The translations under genes were made by a program, and so were the position numbers. Shown here one piece after another: positions 16,815 through 25,026 of a stretch of DNA of 32,000 nucleotides. This stretch comes from Candidatus Electronema halotolerans (GTDB lineage Bacteria > Desulfobacterota > Desulfobulbia > Desulfobulbales > Desulfobulbaceae): assembly GCA_942493095.1 (NCBI GenBank), contig OW818675.1:240001-272000 (forward strand), in the 5' to 3' direction. How positions within the stretch are numbered: position 1 is the stretch's first letter; every line of letters begins with the position of its first letter. The notes under the pieces were generated by a model. That model searched no databases. It saw only the letters and a list, made by a program, of their open reading frames with translations, and was not told where the DNA came from.

Positions 16815-16934
16815 TCAGCTCAGGCAGGTGCCGGATGGCGGGCAATGATCAGTTCCCGTATTCTTTCTTTGCTTGTTCAAAAAGCATGGGTTGAAACATT
16901 GCTTGTTCAGGGGAATACTTACTTCCTGTCTCAT
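16815..16934 (-). CDS. Candidate 39-codon ORF MRQEVSIPLNKQCFNPCFLNKQRKNTGTDHCPPSGTCLS (possible precursor peptide; unproven)
   Basis: I translated it by hand because it is below the ORF-track cutoff. It is on the same strand as the radical-SAM gene, and its stop is 16 nt before the ATG at 16798. It has four Cys.

Points against:
- no SD
- the LNKQ duplication corresponds to an 11-nt DNA direct repeat that could instead be an operator. Confidence 0.3.
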   Translation of the reverse strand: MRQEVSIPLNKQCFNPCFLNKQRKNTGTDHCPPSGTCLS

Positions 16935-17025
16935 GGTCAAGTCGTTCAAGCGCACCTGCGTGGAACTCTTGGATGACCTCGAAACCAATAAAATGGCGTT
17001 TCAACTGTTTGCAGCCAGAGCACCA

Positions 17026-17589
17026 TCATTGCCCGCCGTCCTCCTCGGCCAGAAAAACCCGGCGCAGCCTGTAGAAGTAGTCAAAACCGGACCAGAGGGT
17101 CAGAATCAGGGCAATATAAACAAGGAACATGCCGATTTGATGCAGCTGCGGGATCGGCAGCACGCCGAGCGGGAAAATCAAGGTGCCAAGACCGACATAC
17201 TGGGCGATTGACTTGAGCTTGCCCAAGTTGCTGGCCGCGACCACCACTCCGGCGGCAGAGGCAATGCCGCGCAGGCCGGTCACCATCATCTCGCGGGAGA
17301 GAATCAGCAGGGCGACCCAAGCTGGCAGCCGGTTGAGCGGAATCAGCATGATCAGGGCCGTGGTCACCAAGAGCTTGTCCGCCAGCGGATCGAGCAGCTT
17401 GCCCAAGGTGCTGACCACGCCGTAACGGCGGGCCACATAGCCATCAATTATGTCGGTGACTGCGGCGATTGTGAAGAGGACGCAGCAGAAGACCGCCAGC
17501 GGCCTGCTTTGCTCCAGCATGAGGAGCACGGCCAGCAGGGCGGTCAGGATCAGCCGGGCGGCTGTGATCAGATTCGGCAGATGCTTCAT
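17026..17589 (-). CDS. pgsA: CDP-diacylglycerol--glycerol-3-phosphate 3-phosphatidyltransferase
   Basis: CDP-alcohol phosphatidyltransferase motif DIIDGYVARRYGVVSTLGKLLDPLADK, ~187 aa, 4 TM. I moved the start to the ATG at 17589 (MKHLPNLIT). Confidence 0.87.
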   Translation of the reverse strand: MKHLPNLITAARLILTALLAVLLMLEQSRPLAVFCCVLFTIAAVTDIIDGYVARRYGVVSTLGKLLDPLADKLLVTTALIMLIPLNRLPAWVALLILSREMMVTGLRGIASAAGVVVAASNLGKLKSIAQYVGLGTLIFPLGVLPIPQLHQIGMFLVYIALILTLWSGFDYFYRLRRVFLAEEDGGQ

Positions 17590-17705
17590 GATGCGCGTGG
17601 GGCTTTGTTCAAGATAATCTTGAGAACAATGTACCGCGTTTCGCCGCATGATGCTGTTGCTTTGTGCAGACAGCAGCTTTTTTGCAGATGCTGTCTTGCG
17701 GAGCG

Positions 17706-20108
17706 TTATTTGCTCCGCAGGTCTGTGATGCCCTCCCAGTGCGCTGGAGGAGCAGCGGCCAGCCGCTCGCAGCGTTTCAGATACATGCTGTAGAGGCTGT
17801 CCTCTGGCTGATGGTCAGCCAAGTGCCGGAGCAGCAGTTCGGCTGCCAGAAAATCTCCGATGCTGTAATAGGCAAAGGCTTCATGCCAGCACTGCAATTC
17901 CTCTTCAATGCGCGCAGCTGCCGCACTGCGCCTGTCCAGCAGCTGGCAGACCGTCACCGGTTCCGTCTTGCCCTGCACCCGCACCGTGTCAACCTGCCGA
18001 AAGATGAAATCCTTGTGCAGGGCATCGCAGACTGGGCCGCTGACTAAGATTTCCGCGTTGTAAAATTTGGTCAGCCCCTCCAAGCGGGAGGCAAGATTGA
18101 CTGAATCGCCGATCACGGTGTATTCAAAACGCTGCTTGGAACCCATGTTGCCGACCCGCACCACGCCGCAGTGAATGCCGATGCCGATGCGAAGCGTGGG
18201 CAGGCCGCGCTTCAACCAGGAGCTGTTCAGCAGTTTCAATTCCTTGAGCATGGCCAGAGCGGCTTCGCAGGCCTGTCTCGTATGATCAGGGGTGGGCAGC
18301 GGCGCGTTCCAGAAAGCCATGAGCGCGTCGCCGATGAACTTGTCCACCGTGCCGCGCCGGTTCATGACCGCTGCGGTCATGGGAGTCAAATATTCGTTGA
18401 GAAAGGCGCAGAGTGCTTGGGGACGCATTTTTTCAGCCATGCTGGTGAATCCACGGATATCAGAAAAAAGAATGGTCAATTCCCGCTCCTCGCCGCTCAG
18501 GACCAAGCTGTCCTGCTGCTTCACCATTTCTTCCACCACTGCCGGAGCAAGATATTGCGAGAAAACAGAACGGAGCCGTCTCGCCTTTTTCTCTTCGACA
18601 AAAAAATTGAAAAAGGTCAGGGCGGTGAAAATCAGCAGGGCCGTGGCGGTCGGCGTGACCAAATCAGTCATGAGATGAAAAAGCCAGACACTGCCCAGCG
18701 ACAAGGCAAAATTGCTGAGAATGACGGCCAAGGCGAGCAGGACTCCTTCGGCTGCGCCAAGCCGGGGCAGCAGCAGGGTCAGGAGCAGGCCGGTGCAGGC
18801 GATCTGAAGCAGCTCCAAACCCATGAGCCAGTCAGGCCGGTCGAGAAAGCTGCCGGTCAGCACGGTGTTGAGGGCATGGCCGTGAAACTCCACTCCTGGA
18901 AAGACAGTGCTCGTCGGCACAGAAATCAGATCAAAAAGACCGAGAGCAGAGGTGCCGACAAGAACATAAGCGTTTTTGAGCAGGGCTGGGTCGAATTCGC
19001 TGTCCAGCACATCAGCGGCGGAGAGATAACGCAGGCGGCGTTCTGGATGAAACATGTCAATCCCCCCTGTTCTTCGGCTGAACCTGACGATCATTTCTCC
19101 CTGATGCGAGACTGGTATCTGATATGGCCCTGCTTGCACCAGCCGCACCCCGTTTTCCCGGTTGCTGATCACTGTGACTGGTGCGCCGCCCGTGGCTGCT
19201 TGCAGCATGGCCAGCACCAGACTGGGATACGGCTCTCCAGTCAGCATGGCGGCAGTCCGAAGCACGGCGTAAGCATTCTGGAGCAGAGCAAAAGCCAGGC
19301 CCGGATGCAATGGCTGCTCAAACGCGCTCAATAAAGGCAGACAGCTACGTGCTCCAGCAGCAGCGTGAAAAACAGCATGGGTCAGGCCGGGCCAAGGCTG
19401 CCGCTCCAAGGAGGCCAGCAGCGGCAGACGGCGGACAATGGCATCCGCATCAGGAACAATATTGAAAAAGCCGCTGCCTTGAGCGTTTCGCTCCAGCACA
19501 GGCAGATTCAAATCAGCCCGATTGAAGCGGCGCAGAAAGGGTGCGGGGTTCCGCCCCAAAAGAGCGAAACTGCCTTTTGCCGGAGCAGTCATCTCTCTGT
19601 CCAGCCTCTCTTCCTCTTGGCCTGCTTCCATGTCGTGATAGGTGAAAAGATGGCCGAGAATGACGGGTGCGGGACTGGAACGCAGTGTTTCAGCAAAAAT
19701 GTCATCAGGATCAGGCAGGCTGTCCAGATATTCGCGCACCAATGGCGGTGAGGCTTTGGCGAGGCGGCGCGGGGCCGTGCGGTCAGATTCGCCGAACACA
19801 ATATCCAAGCCAATGACCGCAGGCCGGGCCGCCGCAACCTTGCTGATCAGCTCCGCAGTCAGACTGCGGGACCAAGGCCACTGACCATATTCAGCCAGAC
19901 TCTTCGTGTCAATATCAACAATGACCACTGGCTGCGCAGAAATTGGAGCTGGAAAGGTCCGCAGCAGCAGATCAAAGGACTTCAGCCGCAGGTCATTGAG
20001 CAAAGGCGGGTTGTAATAAACAAGCGCAAGCAGACAGCAGGAGACTGCTGTGCCAATAAAATGCGCTGTCTGAGCAGCTGCGAGTTTTTTTCTCCAGCCA
20101 GCAGGCAT
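17706..20108 (-). CDS. CHASE2-sensor class III adenylate/guanylate cyclase
   Basis: 800 aa. An N-terminal TM is followed by a large periplasmic CHASE2-like region, a cluster of 3 TM, and then a cyclase domain (LTILFSDIRGFTS...DKFIGDALMAFWNAP...VIGDSVNLASRLEG). It has a helical C-terminal tail. Confidence 0.87.
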   Translation of the reverse strand: MPAGWRKKLAAAQTAHFIGTAVSCCLLALVYYNPPLLNDLRLKSFDLLLRTFPAPISAQPVVIVDIDTKSLAEYGQWPWSRSLTAELISKVAAARPAVIGLDIVFGESDRTAPRRLAKASPPLVREYLDSLPDPDDIFAETLRSSPAPVILGHLFTYHDMEAGQEEERLDREMTAPAKGSFALLGRNPAPFLRRFNRADLNLPVLERNAQGSGFFNIVPDADAIVRRLPLLASLERQPWPGLTHAVFHAAAGARSCLPLLSAFEQPLHPGLAFALLQNAYAVLRTAAMLTGEPYPSLVLAMLQAATGGAPVTVISNRENGVRLVQAGPYQIPVSHQGEMIVRFSRRTGGIDMFHPERRLRYLSAADVLDSEFDPALLKNAYVLVGTSALGLFDLISVPTSTVFPGVEFHGHALNTVLTGSFLDRPDWLMGLELLQIACTGLLLTLLLPRLGAAEGVLLALAVILSNFALSLGSVWLFHLMTDLVTPTATALLIFTALTFFNFFVEEKKARRLRSVFSQYLAPAVVEEMVKQQDSLVLSGEERELTILFSDIRGFTSMAEKMRPQALCAFLNEYLTPMTAAVMNRRGTVDKFIGDALMAFWNAPLPTPDHTRQACEAALAMLKELKLLNSSWLKRGLPTLRIGIGIHCGVVRVGNMGSKQRFEYTVIGDSVNLASRLEGLTKFYNAEILVSGPVCDALHKDFIFRQVDTVRVQGKTEPVTVCQLLDRRSAAAARIEEELQCWHEAFAYYSIGDFLAAELLLRHLADHQPEDSLYSMYLKRCERLAAAPPAHWEGITDLRSK

Positions 20109-20113
20109 TGACT

Positions 20114-21259
20114 TTAGGGCATGGAAGGACTGACGAACGGCCCTTCCTCCTCTGGAATTTCAAGAATATCCCGATCCTGCAACGCGAGTTTGGAGCCGCA
20201 TTCCACCATGCTTTCCGCAAAAGTGCCGCCGAGTTCCTCCTCGGAAATGCCAAGCCGCGCTGCGGCCCCTTTGACGTGGTCTCTGCTGATATTGGCGCAG
20301 TACAAGGCCTTGAGAGTTGACCAGAGGAGAAATTTGTCCTGTCTGCTGACCACCAAAGCAAGAATCGCCTCTGGCTCAATGCCTCTGGCAAGGGCATTCT
20401 CCACAGCCCGATCCAAACCGAACAGTTCAAAATCATCAGTAAAATCTTGTTCCCAAGCCGCCGTTCCTCTGGCATCTGCGGCGGCGGCGGCTTCCAGTTC
20501 CGGGGCAATAGTCCGCAGGGTTCCTGCCGCTGCCTGACCAACCTTCACCGCAGGGCAGACTGGACAATCAGAAGGCGCGCCTGCCACAGACAAAGGGCCG
20601 ACCATGACAGAACCGCCCGCCGCACTGGTCAGCTCCACTGTGGAGCCGCCGCCGCCTGTGACCAAGGCGGTCAGCATCTGGTTCGGCGCATCCGGCGCAG
20701 GCGCGACCGCCAAAGCAAAATCAGTGCCCCGCGCTCCTGCGGCGGCAGTCGGGGTTCTGACAAGATAGGTGCCTTGGCCAGTGATCTTGGAGACAATGGT
20801 GCGCAGCCTCCCCAAGATGAGCTGCAACCTAGTGTCGCGGCTGCCTGTGCCGCGATTGTACAGCGACTGGTCAAGCACCAGTTTCGACTGCGGGGTCAGG
20901 GTCAGCAGGCTTTTGTCCCGCATCAACAAGGTCACGCGGCTGTCTTGGCCGGTGATAATGGTGTCGCCATTGAACACGGGCAGCCCTTTGCGCAAGCTGT
21001 AAGCCGTGCTGCTGTCCTGATGCAGGGCCAGCACAGTGCCCAGCGCGTTCCGCACGGTTCCTGCCTTGCCGCCCCTTCCCGGCGCAAATTTCTCGGCCAC
21101 TGTTGCGGAAGCAGGCAGCAGCGGTGCGGAAGGAACTGCTTCTGTTTTGAGAAAATGCAGCAAGTCAGATTTTGACGGGCAGTCTTCGCCAGCCAATCCG
21201 GTGAGCGGGAAAAAAAGCAGGAGCGCAAAACAGGCAAGAATGCTGACAGCAGCTTTCAT
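20114..21259 (-). CDS. FecR-domain periplasmic protein
   Basis: A signal peptide is followed by the FecR-type beta pattern (..FNGDTIITGQDSRVTLLMRDKSLLTL...VRTPTAAAGARGTDFAL). It ends 5 nt before the cyclase start. Confidence 0.7.
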   Translation of the reverse strand: MKAAVSILACFALLLFFPLTGLAGEDCPSKSDLLHFLKTEAVPSAPLLPASATVAEKFAPGRGGKAGTVRNALGTVLALHQDSSTAYSLRKGLPVFNGDTIITGQDSRVTLLMRDKSLLTLTPQSKLVLDQSLYNRGTGSRDTRLQLILGRLRTIVSKITGQGTYLVRTPTAAAGARGTDFALAVAPAPDAPNQMLTALVTGGGGSTVELTSAAGGSVMVGPLSVAGAPSDCPVCPAVKVGQAAAGTLRTIAPELEAAAAADARGTAAWEQDFTDDFELFGLDRAVENALARGIEPEAILALVVSRQDKFLLWSTLKALYCANISRDHVKGAAARLGISEEELGGTFAESMVECGSKLALQDRDILEIPEEEGPFVSPSMP

Positions 21260-21371
21260 AGTTCCTCCGAGGCAGCAAAATGTTATTGGTGAGCTGTGCG
21301 GAGGCCATCTTACTGCTGATCTTCTGTTTTTTCATCATTTTTTTCATGCGGGCACCAAGCAGGGCCGACCA

Positions 21372-22085
21372 TCAGTCTTCAGCCTGATCTGTGCTGTCCA
21401 AGCCCATCAGCAGGGCCAAAAGGCTGCCGACAAGATAGACTAATCCGCCCGCCCAGAGGATGTCGCTGAAAAAATGCGCCCCTTGAAGCATCCGGGCCAC
21501 TCCGACGCAGGTGCCAAAAAGCAGGCCGAGGAGGAGGAACAGGGCTGCTGTCCGCCGCTGCTTTTCCCGCAGGACAAACCACGGGGCGAGCGCGGCAAAG
21601 GCAATGGCCGCATGACCGGATGGAAAGGAGCTGTTGGTTCCGGCAGTGCCGGGCCGCCAGAAGGGCGTGAACTGCTCGCTGCCGCCAAATTCAACAATTT
21701 CTCTGGGCCGCGCCCGGCCAAATTCTTCTTTGAGCAGCACGTTGATGAGCAGTCCTGGGCCAAGGGCCAGGAGCAGCAGGATGAACAGTGCCTCTTTGCG
21801 CCAGGCGGCGTATTTCCGCATCCAGAAGCCAGCCAGCAGCACAGCCAGCGCGGCTGCGCCGAGCAGAACTGCCGGTGCTGCCGCCCATTGATAAAGCATG
21901 TTCCACGGAAAGACATTGCCCGCAGGCCAGGCCCGGCTGCAGTCAGACTGCGCTGCGGCGATCACAAGGTCGCGCGGGACCAAGGAGATGATCAGGCGGT
22001 CCGCATCAAACGCAGAAACCACGACGCTGATCAGCACGAGAAAGAGGGTTACTGCGGTCAATTCTAACAATCTTTTTTGCAACAT
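21372..22085 (-). CDS. PAP2-family (type 2 phosphatidic acid / undecaprenyl-PP-like) phosphatase
   Basis: All three PAP2 motifs are present: KEEFGRARP, PSGHA and ARMLQGAHFFSD. It is a membrane protein. Confidence 0.8.
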   Translation of the reverse strand: MLQKRLLELTAVTLFLVLISVVVSAFDADRLIISLVPRDLVIAAAQSDCSRAWPAGNVFPWNMLYQWAAAPAVLLGAAALAVLLAGFWMRKYAAWRKEALFILLLLALGPGLLINVLLKEEFGRARPREIVEFGGSEQFTPFWRPGTAGTNSSFPSGHAAIAFAALAPWFVLREKQRRTAALFLLLGLLFGTCVGVARMLQGAHFFSDILWAGGLVYLVGSLLALLMGLDSTDQAED

Positions 22086-22152
22086 GCGATAGGAGGGGAC
22101 TGAACAGACAGAGCCGGAAAGAAAAAATCAGCCTGGCAGAGTTCTTTTATAT

Positions 22153-22181
22153 TTGCAGGTCTGGGCAAATCATACTATATT
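22153..22181 (+). promoter_or_regulatory. Candidate sigma-70 promoter for tRNA-Arg
   Basis: TTGCAG-17 nt-TATATT, about 40 nt upstream of the tRNA 5-prime end. Confidence 0.4.
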
Positions 22182-22219
22182 GTCTGCGCAGATGCCAAGC
22201 AAAGTCTTGGCTCAATTCC

Positions 22220-22296
22220 GGGCGAGTAGCTCAGATGGATAGAGTGTTGGCCTCCGAAGCCAAAGGTCGTGGGTTCGAATCCCGCCTCGCCCACCA
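22220..22296 (+). tRNA. tRNA-Arg (anticodon CCG), CCA encoded
   Basis: The acceptor GGGCGAG pairs with CTCGCCC. The D-arm is GCTCAGATGGATAGAG. The anticodon stem TTGGC/GCCAA carries the loop CTCCGAA. The T-arm is GGGTTCGAATCCC, and the 3-prime end is ACCA. Confidence 0.93.
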
Positions 22297-22584
22297 CAGC
22301 GCAGTGTCGCGCATCGCAGCTGACAAGCAGATAGTTTTTTTAGAAAAAGCCGTTCTGCCAGACAGCCCTGTCTCATTTCCAAGCGCCATTTCAAGCTGCT
22401 CCTGCACAATGCCTGTCATTGTAACAGCGCATAAGCAGCCTGTTTTTTTTCTGCCAGACATCCGGCTGCAGGACTGCTTCATCTTTCCGCTTTTCTCCCT
22501 CTGCCAAAGAAATGATTCGTTTTCAGCAGAATTGCTTTGCAAATCTGGCCATTTTCTATAACAATTATTTTTTCGGCTGAACAG

Positions 22585-22609
22585 GCTGCTGCCGCAGCAT
22601 GTTTTTTTT
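22585..22609 (+). terminator. Weak terminator-like hairpin + T8 in the tRNA-argF spacer
   Basis: GCTGC (22585-22589) pairs with GCAGC (22594-22598) across the loop TGCC, followed by ATG and T8 (22602-22609). The stem is only 5 bp. Confidence 0.3.
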
Positions 22610-22645
22610 GTTTGGCCTGTTTGAGAATATTGCAATTTTTCCATC

Positions 22646-23566
22646 ATGAACAAGCACTTGTTGGCATTGCAGGACTTCACCCCGGCCCAGCTGCGCTCTT
22701 TTCTTGACCGTGCGGCGGTGTTGAAACAGGAAACAGCAGCCGGCATCCGACATCAGCAGCTTGCCGGAAAAAGCATCTGCATGCTGTTTGAAAAGCCTTC
22801 CACCCGGACGCGGGTCTCTTTTGAGGCGGCCATGTACGGCATGGGCGGCCAAGTGATCTTCATGCAGGCGCGGGAGACCCAGCTTGGCCGGGGCGAGCCG
22901 CTCAAGGACACAGCCCGGGTCCTCTGCCGCTATGCGGATGCCTTGGTGGTGCGCACTTTTGGCCAGCAGGTGGTGGAGGAGCTGGCCCGCTACTCAGAAG
23001 TGCCGGTGATCAACGCCCTCACCAACCTGCATCATCCCTGCCAGATACTCAGCGACCTGATGACCGTGCTTGAAAAGAAGGGAGAGCCGGAAAAGCTGAA
23101 GATCGTCTGGCTCGGTGACGGCAACAACATGGCCAACTCGTGGATTCAGGCCGCCGCAGTGCTGGACTTTCCGCTGACCCTTGCCTGCCCGGAAGGCTAT
23201 GAGCCGGATGCGGGCGTGCTTGAAGCTGCCCGCGCTGCTGCCAGCCAGCCGATCACCCTGCTGCGCGATCCGGCAGAGGCGGTGCGGGATGCGGACGTGA
23301 TCAACATTGATGTCTGGGCCTCAATGGGCCAAGAAAGCGAGCAGAAGCAGCGGCTGGCCATCTTCCGACCCTATCAGCTCAATGCGGACTTATTGGCCAA
23401 GGCGGCCAGTGATGCGGCGGTGCTGCACTGCCTGCCTGCGCACCGGGGCGAGGAAATCACCGAGGAGGTCTTGGAAGGACCGCAGAGCGTGGTCTTTGAT
23501 CAGTCTGAAAACAAGATGCACCTGCACAAGGCCATTCTGGAGGCCATGATCCTCGGCCCGGCCTGA
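22646..23566 (+). CDS. argF: Ornithine carbamoyltransferase
   Basis: 306 aa with the FEKPSTRTRVSFE, HPCQ, DGNNM, VWASMG and HCLPAHRGEE motifs. Confidence 0.93.
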   Translation: MNKHLLALQDFTPAQLRSFLDRAAVLKQETAAGIRHQQLAGKSICMLFEKPSTRTRVSFEAAMYGMGGQVIFMQARETQLGRGEPLKDTARVLCRYADALVVRTFGQQVVEELARYSEVPVINALTNLHHPCQILSDLMTVLEKKGEPEKLKIVWLGDGNNMANSWIQAAAVLDFPLTLACPEGYEPDAGVLEAARAAASQPITLLRDPAEAVRDADVINIDVWASMGQESEQKQRLAIFRPYQLNADLLAKAASDAAVLHCLPAHRGEEITEEVLEGPQSVVFDQSENKMHLHKAILEAMILGPA

Positions 23567-23599
23567 GCAGGCGGAACTCCGTCCAGCGGTCGCTCAGAA

Positions 23600-24979
23600 C
23601 TATGATGACTCCCCCCCGTCCATCAGCTTCAGCTTGCTGAGAAGCGAGGGGTAGCTGAGTTCCAGCAGCTCGGCGGCCCGGCTCTTATTGCCGCCTGTGG
23701 CCTCCATCGCCCGTTCGATGAGCCACTGCTCAACAATTTGCTTGCCCTGCTTGATTGAGGAGATGCCAAGGAGCAGATCAAGAGGATGGCCTTCCCTGCT
23801 GCCGGCCAGCATTTCCGGCAGGTTGTCCGGCTGGATCAGCCGCTCCTCAGCCATGAGCATGGCTCGCTCCAGCACATTCTCCAGCTCGCGGACATTGCCC
23901 GGCCAGGAATGGGCCAGCAGCCGCTGCATGGCCTGCGCTGACAGGCCCTCAATCTCAGGCCGGTTCATACTGATGGTGAACTTGTCAAGGAAATGCTCGC
24001 ACAGGGCAGGGATGTCAGCAATCCGCTCCCGCAGCGGCGGCAGATGGATGTTGACCACATTGAGGCGGTAAAAGAGGTCTTCGCGGAAGCGGCCCTCGCG
24101 CACCTCCTCAAGCAGGTCGCGGGCGGTGGCGGCAATGATCCGCACATCCACCTTGCGGCTGACCGTCGCGCCCAGCCGCCGGATTTCCTGCTCCTGCAAG
24201 ACCCGCAGCAGCTTGACCTGCATGGACAGGGGCAGCTCGCCGATCTCATCCAGAAAGAGGGTGCCTTTGTCCGCTTCCTCGAACAGCCCTTTCCGGTCCC
24301 GGTCCGCGCCAGTGAAGGCCCCCCGGACATGGCCGAACAGCTCGCTCTCCAAGAGATTGTCCGGGATGCCGCCGCAGTTGACCGCCAGAAACGGCTGCGC
24401 TGCCCGTCCGCTCCGGTCGTGGATGCCACAGGCGACCAGCTCCTTGCCCGTGCCGGACTCGCCCGTGATCAGCACGGTGGTGCTGTGCTTGGCCACCTTG
24501 GCCGCGAGCTGAAACACGCTCTGCATGGCCTTGCTGCTGCCGATCAGGCCGCCCAGACCAGCACTCTGCTCCAGCCCGGCCAGCCGTTTCTTCAGGAGGA
24601 TATTTTCCCGCCGCAGCCTCTCGCGCTCCTCAGCCTTGCGCAGCACCAGCACGATCTCATCATTCTTGAACGGCTTGGAAATGAAATCATACGCCCCCTG
24701 CTTGAGGGCCTCAATCGCGGTGTCAACTGTGCCATAGGCGGACATCATAATGATCACCGCCCCATGCTTGATGCCCGCCGCTGCTGTGAGAAAGGCCAGT
24801 CCGTCCATGCCCGGCATTCTGATGTCGCAGAGAACAAAATCAAAGGCCTGCGTCTTGAGCAAGTCCAACCCGGCCCGGCCATCAGCCGCAGCTTCAGCCG
24901 CATAGCCTTCGCTCTTGAGCAGGGCCGAAAGCATGTGCCGCATGTTCTCCTCGTCATCAATCACCAGAACTCGCTTCAT
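23600..24979 (-). CDS. Sigma-54-dependent response regulator (NtrC family)
   Basis: A receiver domain (VLVIDDE..., ...CDIRMPGMDG) is followed by an AAA+ domain (GESGTGKE, GAFTGA, ESELFGH) and a C-terminal Fis-type HTH. I moved the start to the ATG at 24979 after GAAGGAGGAAG. Confidence 0.9.
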   Translation of the reverse strand: MKRVLVIDDEENMRHMLSALLKSEGYAAEAAADGRAGLDLLKTQAFDFVLCDIRMPGMDGLAFLTAAAGIKHGAVIIMMSAYGTVDTAIEALKQGAYDFISKPFKNDEIVLVLRKAEERERLRRENILLKKRLAGLEQSAGLGGLIGSSKAMQSVFQLAAKVAKHSTTVLITGESGTGKELVACGIHDRSGRAAQPFLAVNCGGIPDNLLESELFGHVRGAFTGADRDRKGLFEEADKGTLFLDEIGELPLSMQVKLLRVLQEQEIRRLGATVSRKVDVRIIAATARDLLEEVREGRFREDLFYRLNVVNIHLPPLRERIADIPALCEHFLDKFTISMNRPEIEGLSAQAMQRLLAHSWPGNVRELENVLERAMLMAEERLIQPDNLPEMLAGSREGHPLDLLLGISSIKQGKQIVEQWLIERAMEATGGNKSRAAELLELSYPSLLSKLKLMDGGESS

Positions 24980-25026
24980 GGCTTCCTCCTTCTCAACTGT
25001 CAGGTCTGCCGCCATTGCTCGGATTG

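Noticed and set aside
16805-16860. Sigma-54 promoter (CGGCAC-N5-TGAGC on the minus strand) upstream of the radical-SAM gene.
   Set aside because: The GC element is out of register by one nt relative to TGGCAC-N5-TTGC, and the motif lies inside the candidate 39-codon ORF.
16949-17029. 27-codon ORF (MMVLWLQTVETPFYWFRGHPRVPRRCA) overlapping the pgsA stop by ATGA.
   Set aside because: It is very short, has no recognisable features, and its only support is the overlap. I kept it as a note only.
22220-22296. tRNA-Arg as an integration site for a genomic island.
   Set aside because: There is no integrase nearby. I found no second copy of the tRNA 3-prime end by eye. The flanking genes (PAP2 phosphatase, argF) look like core genes.
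22610-22645. ARG box (ArgR operator) in TTTGAGAATATTGCAATT just upstream of argF.
   Set aside because: It has only partial resemblance to the TGAAT-N4-ATTCA palindrome, and the second half-site is poor.
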